DNA of 64,000 nucleotides from Diadema antillarum. Lineage: Eukaryota. Below the pieces are notes generated by a model. It was not told the DNA's origin, ran no database searches, and saw only the letters and a list, made by a program, of their open reading frames with translations. Of this stretch, positions 51,262-62,069 are shown piece after piece; the stretch's first letter is position 1, and each line of letters begins with the position of its first letter. A program made the position numbers and the translations under genes. The stretch covers positions 1,674,001 through 1,738,000 of the forward strand of contig NW_027271369.1 of the NCBI RefSeq assembly GCF_040938485.1, in the 5' to 3' direction.

Positions 51262-53065
51262 CTACTCAATAGGTCGATGCTGAAGCATTTCTTTGTAGTA
51301 CGGCATCGCTTTCTCAGCGAGCTCTCGCACATCGTCTGTTACCTCCTTCCAGGCCGGGACCGCTGCCGGTGGAGTGAAGTGGGTGCTGTACATGGCCACG
51401 CCCATGAAAGCTTCATTCTTATACATGTTATCAGCTGGCCATTTCCACGACTTGCCTACCTCAGGGGACGCGGACCATTGTAGGAGCGACTCTGAGTAGG
51501 GGAAACCCACGGCTTCACAGAACTCTTGGATTACCGGTGCGGGGTTGGTGAGAAGAGCAGACGAATCGATGACCAACGGTGACGGGTTGACATGATCTCG
51601 TATGTAGGTCCATAGCTCGTGATGCTGCTGGAAGAGGGCATCAGTGCAATAATCTTTGGCATAGAGGCGGAAGTCGAAGGAACTTTCATCAGTTTCGTTG
51701 AACTTTAGAATGCCAGCTTCTAGGTATTGTGCGAAGGACGCCTTTCTCATAGACTTGTACACGAGTATTGGATGACGGATGATGAAGACGTGTTGATATC
51801 CTTTTGGGATGAATTGTCGTCTCTCATCGGTTGGCATGGCTACGCTTTCATCCTTAACGAAAACATATTTACTGGTTGATCCCTCCAACTTTTCCTTGAT
51901 AGATGCAAACCTTCATTATTGAGAAATGTCGAAAAATCAAATGAAACCATTATTTTATTTTACATAACATCGTTACTGTTAATAGTGTTTTTCTCTTTAG
52001 ATTGTGAATTCTTCGTTTTTCCCCTGTCGCATGGTAGGTATCGTCGATTTTCTTTAAACTTCAGGTAGGCCTGTAGACTTACATGTGACCTCACATCATA
52101 CCTACTCCTCTAGAAACACAAATTGGCAACTATGGTATAGTTGATGGCGCTGTTTTGCAAGCACGACTTGCATGTTTCTGTGATATCAATGTGACTAACA
52201 AAAGACATGGCGAGGGAACATGCGAGTTATGCCTGGTCGAAGGGAAGGTGCATTCCAGTGTCTTTCGTTGAGCATTTCAGTACTTCAGCAATGATTGACA
52301 GATGAGGTCACAACAGGAATATTGGTTTGAAAGCATTTTTTTATCTTGGGACTATCCAAGTAATATGAAGAAAATAGACGAAAAATTACTTAAAATGTAT
52401 GGAATGCTTTTAGATATTCGTTGTAAAGTGATGTCGAGGGTATCATAACTGAACACAAATCAACATGCATTTGCATTTCAGAGAACATATTAATGAAACT
52501 GATTTATGCTGTCATTTTCAAATTACCTCCAAAAAAAATTTACACTATTCCGCTTTTGCTCATATCATTGTCGGCAGTATTGTCGGTGTTATCTGATGAT
52601 ATCTTTAAACTATTTAGGATCAAAAGTGGGAAATGTTTATTTTTGTGACACCTAATATAATTACATACAAATGAACTGATCTGTAAGCCCAAATTTAACC
52701 ACCTGCCATTACTGAAAATTCCTCGTTGACATGCCTTGGTGAACAGAAGTCGAAGACGCGTGGTAAACTTACGGTAGTCTCTCTGGAAAGAAAGTGGTTC
52801 CGGGTTCAAAGTTTTGTAGCTCCTGGGCAGCTATCTTAAACTCCTTTTCGTGGCCATCATATCTCATTGGACAATCTGCGATCCCATGCTTCTCTAGTAG
52901 CTTCATTCCCAAGTGGCTAATGCCAAACGGTTCAATCCACACCTCGCAGCCTGGAATCCCCGACATGCATTTTGCAAACGCCGTCGAGATCGATCTTGGT
53001 ATCATCCAAAAAATCGCCCGACCTCCATTTTTTCCGCGAGGGTTGTCATTCGGTACATAAGACAT
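51262..53065 (-). CDS. Sulfotransferase-fold protein, array copy 6; join(53065..52773, 51910..51262), 313 aa
   Basis: Same exon sizes, 862-nt intron, motifs intact (WIEPF variant). Confidence 0.9.
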
Positions 53066-53302
53066 TGCAATGGTGGTGAGGGGAACGAATATGTCTTCAC
53101 TTTGCAGAATTATATCACCAAAGTGAGACTACTCTGTGTATAATGTCTGTTCAACGAGTTGCGTGCTAATAAAAGCGGCCTTTGACCATCCTGGGAATTC
53201 GGACTTTGATGTTTGTTTCCTCTCTCAACCCTTAAATCTGTCGTATGGGGAAAGATAAGCATACATGTATGTTTCGTCACATAAATATCTATGTGTACAA
53301 TG

Positions 53303-53344
<42 letters not shown>

Positions 53345-54517
53345 CATATACATGCTGTACTTAATGTACAAGCTAGGTTCCCCACTGGACATTACACAGT
53401 ACTACCGAAATAACCGAAATAAACATACTTTACATAATCATGTATAAGATTGCACACAACCTTTGTCCGAAATATTTGATAGATATATTTCAACGTAAAA
53501 TTTATAAGAAATTCATTGTTGAATTTTGTGTTACCTCCTATTAAGACTTATTTTTGGATATAAGAATTTGTCATATTCTGGATCGAAACATTGGAATAAG
53601 TTACCATTTGAGTTGAAACAAAAACAAACGTTTATAAGCTTTCCAAGCGCACAAATTGAACGAAACTGTTAATAGATAACTTTCCTTACTGTTTTTCTTT
53701 GCATGCACTTTTCACCGTATCTTCCCTCTCTCTCTTTTTCTGTCGTTCTCTCCTTTATCTCTCTCTCTCTCTCCTTCTCCCTCTCTCTCTCCCTCGCTCT
53801 CTCTCCTGAACTCTCCTTTGTTTTCGTCTCATTAATTCTAAACTACGGAGATTTACTTGTATGGTAATTGTACATCCTTGATTGATCATGTTTGTTTTTG
53901 CTTAGATGTGTACCGTAGTTTCATCACAATGTTTTGTCTGTTTTCTATTTTTCTTTTTGAATGTATGGGTTTTGGCTGATATATTTATGTTGTGTTTTAT
54001 CTGCACGGACCTGCGGAAGAACAGTCTCCGGACTGAAGTATGTGCCGTGCTTAAATAAAGGAATGAAATGGTATGAATATGTATATGTGTGTGTTCTTTA
54101 ATCCGAATATGAAATAAGGTTTGTTATTCCGAAACACAAAAATTGCGTTTACCTAGATGTTTGTTAGTCCGAACAATTGGGAGGTTCGATAATCAACGAT
54201 TTTTTTTTGCCTTTAAGGAATCTCGTTTATCGACCTTTCCTACGCCACGTGTGACTCATCCTCACGATGATGTATACAAGGGAGCGGGTCATAATGAAGG
54301 ATGAGAATATTTTTTTTTCATCGATGATAGTATTACAAATTACAATACAGTAAGTGTGTGCATCGTGACTGTTCGTGTGAATCGTATATGTGTTTATATA
54401 CAATGCCTGTGTGGATGTTTACATTTGGGTGTGTGTATGTCTAAATGCAAAAAAATGTTTATATCTCTTTTCAATGCGTAATATCCGGCAATTTTTATTT
54501 TATTTCACTAAAAGATG

Positions 54518-55675
54518 TTTTTATGCCTCCGCCACGAAGTGTCGCCGGAGGCATTATGTTTTCGGGTTGTCCGTCTTTCCGTCATTCCGTCCGTCCGTCC
54601 GTAATCAATTTTGTGGACAGCATAACTAAAAAATAGTTTGAGATATCATAATGAAGCCTGGCAGGTATATATATGAGGGAGTGAAGTTGTGCCTATCAAC
54701 TTTTGGGTGCAGATGCTCAAGGTCAAAGGTCAGAGGTCAAGGTCAAATGCTCAAAATTTCACTATTTCCCCCAAATCTATGCAATGCCTGATGGTATTTT
54801 CTTGAAACTCAGTGTAAACATGTATCACCAAAGAAACATTCTCTAGTGAGAGTTTGGGGTCATGAGGTCAAAGTTCAAAGGTCAAAGGTCCAGTGAAAAT
54901 GTTGAAATTTCACTTTTTTTCTCCATATCTTGGAAATGGTTCAAGGTAGCTTCATGGAACATAGTACATATGCATGTACTGACTAGCAGTGATTATCTAG
55001 GGAATTTTGAGGTCATGAGCTCAAAGATCGAGGTCAAAGGTCAAGGTCAATTCATTAAATTTCACTTTATCCATCATATTTTAGCAATGCCTGCCGGATT
55101 TTTTTTTAAATTTTGTGTATACATGTATTACCCAATAAAGATTCTCTGGGAACTTTTTGGCCAAAAAATCAAAGGTCAAAAGGTCAAAGGTCAAGAGAAA
55201 GTGCTACATTTTACTTCTTCTTTCATATCTCGGAAGTGGCTCAAGGTATCATCATGAAACAAATATATCATATGCATGTTGTGCTTGACAGTAATTCTCT
55301 TAAGGTCATAGAGGGTCAAAGTTCAAGGGTCAAAGGCCAGGTCAAGATGCTAACAATTTACTATTTAACACAGAAATTACACTTTTTCTCTGTACCTTGA
55401 AAATTACTCAATGCATAGAGACTTATAAAAAGGTCTAAAGTCAAGTAAAAGTCCACGAATCCCCCAAATACGTGCTCTCATAGAAAATGTAGCCATTCAT
55501 CCAATTAAGCCTAGTTCAAGGAAAGTGAACATTCAACACATTATAACATGTCAACTTAATATTTTGCCATTTAGATGAAACTGTCCTCACACATTGTCAA
55601 GACATACTGTAGAACTATTAGGATAATCATACATTATGGCGGAGGCATACCAGTCGCCATAGCGACATTTCTAGT
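54518..55675 (+). mobile_element. Helentron-associated (HINE/DINE-1-like) non-autonomous element
   Basis: Sub-terminal inverted repeat ttatgcctccgcca (54521) / tggcggaggcata (55637). (GTCC)n microsatellite near 54570-54602. 3' hairpin gtcgc-cata-gcgac at 55653-55666 followed by atttctagt. T-rich insertion site inside a ttattccgaa element. Confidence 0.7.
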
Positions 55676-55968
55676 GATTTTTGGTACAATATTACGAATC
55701 GCGTTTGTTTCCAGTTTTGGATAAACGAACCTAATTCCAATTTACGGCCTGACGAACCGTCGGAATATCGAACCTTATTTCATTTTCTGATTTATGAATC
55801 TTGGGAATAATAGAAGAATAACAAAGACTCAACACACACACACACACACACATGCACGCAAATACATGCATACTGACTACTGACACACACAACACACACA
55901 CACAACATGCTCAAAGTTACTTTCATAATATGGGTAGGATTGTGCCAGACCATATACACATATACATG

Positions 55969-56016
<48 letters not shown>

Positions 56017-57290
56017 TATCTGTAGGAATATGTTATACACATACTTTTTCCATAGGTGTTCGAAAATGTTTGATTACAAAAACATGTTCAGTATCATTCA
56101 TTGACATGCTTCTGATACTTATAAATGATCATGTTTTGATTGCAAGCATGTTGATTTAGGCCCTACTGTAGTATTTGCTTTAGTGACTCAGACCAAGTGA
56201 AAAACAGCCTGTGCTGGCTCGAACGGGATCCGTGCCTAGATAGAATGAAATCGACTGAACTAAGTTGAATGAGTCATCATAACGCAGAAATGGATATCTT
56301 ACCACATAATGGTTGCATTGTCCATGCTATGGCTGGTAGGTATCATGGTGGTTTTATTTCATTGTTAAGAGAAGATTTAATTTAACATAATTATCTTACG
56401 GACTATAGGTAATTTCTGAAGTTTAACTTGATTTGTTCAAAGTACTGGCGATTAAAGAGTAACGCCTATTAAACATGAAAAGATTGTGCTTTCCTGTATT
56501 GGCATAGTGCTCCACAAAGTAATGTTGCCATCATTGGTAAGTGGGTTGATGTAATTCCTTTTTACTTTATTCATTCTATTCATCTATGACAGGGAAATAT
56601 TTCATTTACAAAGGATTTAAAGACAGTAAAACGACAATAACTAAACGTAGAATTATGTCAATTAAAACGTGTCAAGCTACATAAAACAATATGTAGAATT
56701 TGATATCAGTCGGTTTGGTTAGCATGAGGGTACACTGTCGATTGTGATGATCTGTCCTGTAGCAGGAAAAACGTTTTTGGAGACCATTGCATGTATAGCA
56801 GTACATTTTTTTCGTGTTTTATCATGTCTGTAGATCTACCTGTGATGAAATATGTAAACAATCTCTTTTTGAAGGCACTGCACTCCATAGACTCCACACG
56901 TAGTCCCGAGCGTTCACGATCAAGGAACATGATCTCTATGTGGCTGTCGCAATTCCTGTTACATAATGTCAATTGTGTTACTATAGCATGTCTATGTCTA
57001 CAATGCGTATGCATCGTGACACATCATTCCTCATTCATACAGGCACTAGGAGAGAAAACTGACAGAATATGATGAAAATATAAGGATACATGATTATTAT
57101 TGTATATCAGATGACTTTATACTAAGGTAAAGGGACATGTTTTATCACTTCAGAGATAGCTTTAAACGGACGACGTAATTACCACTCTGAACAACTGGGG
57201 GATAACACAATGTCCTCTGAGTCAAGAGGCCCAAGAACTGCCAAAATGTGCCATTGAATTAAAATAGTTGAATTACAATCAAATAAAATA

Positions 57291-59520
57291 AGTTCCCCCT
57301 AAAACAAACCTCTGTAATTTATGAATCGAGAACCTCTGAGGAAATCTGAATACAGGATCATGTAGCTGTATTTCTCGGCTACCTTTCGTGTGAAATTCAG
57401 TGGATATCACTTAGTCACGCTTGAGTGAGCATGACTTAAAGTAAAAATGGTCACTTTTTGAAGTTCACAAGCCCAATTTTGCAACTTTGATGTTGTGATA
57501 TCGGAACAAATTTCAATTTTCCAGGATAAAAAGGCATGCAACGTATAATTTATGTGCTTCTTATCGTACCATGTGAGTTGTGCACAAAATTTCACGGTTG
57601 AGTGAACACGGGGTGAAAATTACCAAAATGGCCGATTTGACATGTTCCTCGTGGTAATTTATATCAATTGACATTGAATTCGTGTGTTGAACAGTTTTTC
57701 CACAAAATTCACGTAATTTCACGGTTGAATGAGAACATCAAAAACAAAGAAAAATAACAATTTAAATTGTGTCGTAAGAATTGCAATAATTTTGCGCACT
57801 GAAATCAATTGTTTTAATGCTTTTTTGAATCATGGTTAATACCACTGTGCATACAGTGATCACCTGACATTTTAGTCACGCTTCAATGGGCATGTGGGGC
57901 TGGAAAACCCTTTTTTACCCTATATAATGAAAAATATTCATTGTTTTTTATGTTTTAGTTGAAATGTTGGGAAATTACTCTGATTTCAATTAAAAAAAAA
58001 TAACATTTCGATAAAAAATGACATTGTGGCATGCTTCAGTGAGCACATAAGATGAGCAAAGTGTGCAGGTCGGAACCATTTTCGTGGCTGAAATTCCCAT
58101 AAGATTAACATTTGGTTGGTTTTGAAGACGTGTTCAGCGGTGTTAGTGTATAGAGCCTAAAAAGTGAGTGCAGATGCTCCCCAATCTGTTTTATATTGCC
58201 ATAATGATCGCATAATAGTCAACCAACATTTTAAGCAACTATCATCACCATCACAATCATCAACACCAAACGAACAACAAAGGCCACTACATGTATCTCA
58301 CCATAATCATTATCTGTCTCCAGACTCTCCATGCATTTGTGCAGCACGGGAGGATATTGATGTTGAACAAAAGTGAAATTTGGTACCATGTCAATGATTA
58401 ATTGCATTTATTTTCCCTTTGAGTTAATGCATGACTTCATGACGTAACAAAGATCGGGAACTTAATGCCAAAATTAGTATTCAGTAGCGAGAACAAAGGC
58501 CCGAAGATTTGATTTGCATAATTTCTCATCTCTGCTCCAACAAGGGGATTTCATCAAACTAAAGGCAGACCAATTTCCCCACGAATACTAAGCGTCTGCA
58601 ATATTTAATCAAAGGTAGCCATGGATTATAAGGAGGGTTTCCGGCACCATGTACCCTTTGACGTGTAAAATTTTGAAGGAATGCCAAGGATCACGGAGAC
58701 ATTTTATCGGTCCTAAACGCAATAATGAAATGTTTTTCAGTTGATTTTAAATGCAGAAGATCAATGCAACTCCTGCTGGATGATTGTAATAAGATAAATC
58801 ATTGTTTCATAATGTGGTCATTCAACCGTAAAATAAACCACATTGCATGCAAAAGCCATTGTTAGCTTTCAAAAGCATAAATTCCTCCTCTTCACATGAA
58901 CTTACCATGGGGATTATGGCCAAACTGCCAATTTTTCATTATGTAGGTTTAAAAAAAAGGGTTTCCAGCCTCACGTGCTTATTGAAGCGAGACTGAAATG
59001 TCAGGTGATCACTGATATGCGTTTGGATATTAGCACAATATAAAAAAGCATCATACAGTTGCTTTCAGTGCGCAAAATTATCGCAATTCTTACGACACAA
59101 TTTAAATTTTTTTTCTTTGTTTTTAATGTGCTCATTCAACCGTGAAATTACGTGAATTGTGTGTAAAAACCGTTCAACACACGAATTCAATCTCAATTGA
59201 TAAAAATCACTCAACCGTGAAATTTTGTGCACAAGTCACATGGTACAATAAGAAGCACATAAATTATACGTTGCATGCCTTTTTATCCTGGAAAATTGAA
59301 ATTTGTTCCGATATCACCAAATCAAAGTTGCAAAATGGGCTTGTGAACTTCAAAAAGTGACCATTTTGACTTTAAATCATGCTCACTCAAGCGTGACCAA
59401 GTGATATCCACTGAATTTCACATGAGAGGTAGCCGAGAAATACAGCTACATGATCCTGTATTCAGATTTCCTCAAAGGTTCCTGATTCATAAAATATAGA
59501 TGTTTGTTTTAGGGGGAACT
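57291..59520. mobile_element. 2.2-kb foldback element with ~600-640-bp inverted arms and TA flanks
   Basis: ta|agttccccctaaaacaaac ... gtttgttttagggggaact|ta. Arms about 57291-57940 and 58925-59520 are reverse complements, with a ~1-kb non-coding spacer. Absent at the homologous position near 50925. Confidence 0.85.
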
Positions 59521-59901
59521 TACTTTTTGTTTAGTGTTTAGTTGCACCTGTTCAGAAATCAGTAATCTAGTGTATTAGTATTAATGAGTCATCGCAAGAC
59601 TACCAAAAAAAAAAAAAGAAAAGAAAAGAAAAATGAATCATCTGCAGGACATCTAATACCAAATCTGCATTCGTAGTCACACCTCATAAGGTTCTTGACT
59701 GATTTGTTAATGCAATCTGATAATATCTATCCTGGCAGGATTATTTTGCACATGAAATTCTTGCCTACATTTGAAAATGTTAATAGGCCTATAGAAGTGC
59801 TCATATTTACAACTTTTTCATAATCATGTACTAATCGTATGTATTTGTAAATTTTCGTAACATGTTTGCTAAATGAAGAATAGTAAACACATTTTTACTG
59901 A

Positions 59902-61729
59902 CTACTCAATAGGTCGATGTTGAAGCATGTCTTCGTAGTACGGCATCGCTTTCTCAGCGAGCTCCCGCACATCGTCTGTTACTTTATCCCAGGCCGGGAC
60001 CGCTGCTGGTGGAGTGAAATGGGTGCTGTTTATGGACACGCCCAAGAAGGCTTCATTCTTATACATGTTATCAGCTGGCCACTTCCACGACTTGGCTACC
60101 TCAGGCGACCCGGACCATTGTAGGAGCGACTCTGAGTAGGGGAAATCCACGGCTTCACAGAACTCTTGAAGTACGGGTGCAGGGTTGGTGAGAAGAGCAG
60201 ATGAATCGATGACTAACGGTGACGGGTTGACATGATCTCGTATGTAGGTCCATAGCTCGTGATGCTGCTGGAAGAAGGCATCAGCGCTATACTCCTTGGC
60301 GTAGAGGCGGAAATCGAAGGAACTTTCATCGGTTTCGTTGAACTTCAGAATGCCAGCTTCTAGGAACTGTGCGAAGAACCCCTTTCTGATAGACTTGTAC
60401 ACGAGCAGAGGATGTCGGATGATGAAGGCGTGTTGGTATCCTTTTGGGATGAATTGTCTTCTCTGATCGGTGGACATGGCATAGCTTTCATCCTTAACGA
60501 AAACATATTTACTGGTTGATTCCTCCAACTCTTTCTTGATAGATGCAAACCTTCATTATGGAGAAATATATATAAAAAAATGACCCCATTAATCATTTTA
60601 CATAACATCGTTACTGTTAATAGTGTTTTTCTCTTTAGATTGTGAATTCTTCGTTTTTCCCCTGTCGCATGGTAGGTATCGTCGATTTTTCTTAAAACTT
60701 CATGTAGGCCTACATAGGCTCCCATGTGACCTCACATCATACCTACTCCTTTAGAAACACAAATTGGCAACTGTGGTATAGTTGATGAAGCTGTTGACGT
60801 TCATATGTGTTCGAGTTCTGCAAACATGACTTGCATGTTTCTGTGATATATCAATGTGACTAAAATAGACATGGCGAGGGAACATGCAAGTTATGCTAAA
60901 TCGAGGGGAAGGTGCATTCCAATGCCTTTTGTTGAACATATCAGTACTTTAGCAACGATTGACAAATGAGGTCACAACGGGAATATTGGTTTGGAAGCAT
61001 TTTTTGTGTGTGTGTGCGAGAGACGATCCAACTAATATGAAGAAAGATTAGTTAAAATCCATGGAATGCTTCTAAATATCCGTTGCACCGTAAAAGTGAT
61101 GTTGAGGGTATCATAAATCAACACAAATCAACATGCATTTGCATTTCAGAGAACATTAATTCAATGAAAGTTACTGATTTATGCTATCATTTTCAAATTA
61201 CCTCCAAAAAATTGTACACTATCCCGCTTTTGCTCATATCAATGTCAGTGTTATCTGATGTATATTTTTGGACTATTAAGGATTGAGAGTAGGAAATGTT
61301 TATTTTCAATACCTTATATAATTACATAAATATGAACTGATCTAAAAGCCCAAATTCAACCATTTGTGATTACTGAAAATTCCTCGTTGACACGCCTTGG
61401 TGAACAGGAGTCGAATGTGACCCTTGGTAAACTTACGGTAGTCTCTCTGGAAAGAAAGTGCTTCCGGGTGCTAAGTTCTCTAGCTCCTGGGCAGTTATCT
61501 TGAACTCCTTCTCGTGGCCATCATAGCTCATGGGACAGTCTGCGATCCCATGCTTCTCTGTTAGCTTCATTCCGAAGTGGCTGATACCAAACGGTTCAAT
61601 CCACACCTCGCATCCTGGAATCCCCGACATGCATTTTGCAAAAGCCGTGGAAATCGATCTTGGTATCATCCACAGAATCGCCCGACCTCCATCTTTTCTG
61701 TGAGGGTTGTCATTCGGTACATGAGACAT
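59902..61729 (-). CDS. Sulfotransferase-fold protein, array copy 7; join(61729..61437, 60550..59902), 313 aa
   Basis: Same exon sizes, 886-nt intron homologous to the copy 6 intron, motifs intact. Confidence 0.9.
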
Positions 61730-61907
61730 TGTAATGATGGTGAGGGGAACGAATATGTCTTCACTTTGCAGAATTATATCACTAAAAGTGAGACTACTCT
61801 GTGTATAATGTCTGTTCAACGAGTTGCGTGCTGATACAAGTGGCCTTTGACCATCTTGAGAATTTGGCCTCTGATCTTTGTTTTCCTTGTGAACCGTTAT
61901 GTCTGTA

Positions 61908-62069
61908 TTGGCAAAATTTCCTTTGTACACAACCGAAGAAAACTATCTACCTTGCGTGAGCTTTCGCCTACTGTCTGTAGGCTTCATCAGACTGACGTTG
62001 ACTCGCCGTAGATGGGGTCTAGGCAGTCTTTGTACAGTCCGAGGTTGTGTACAAAAGAAATTTCGCCAA
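61908..62069. mobile_element. 162-bp mini inverted-repeat element upstream of copy 7
   Basis: 27-bp TIR ttggcaaaatttcctttgtacacaacc / ggttgtgtacaaaagaaatttcgccaa (25/27). Flanked by cgtta(t/a)gtctgta direct repeats. Absent upstream of copy 6. Confidence 0.65.

Noticed and set aside
3602-60725. Antisense and alternative-frame ORFs overlapping the genes (e.g. 3602..3883+, 3992..4279+, 12253..12450+, 40545..40832+, 40700..41104-, 60360..60725-)
   Set aside because: They are shadows of the GC-richer coding exons, vary in length between copies and have no motifs or splice logic.
3662-61729. Annotation as branched-chain amino-acid aminotransferase
   Set aside because: Only the sulfotransferase-like domain is present. 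No PLP-dependent class-IV aminotransferase exon was found in any unit.
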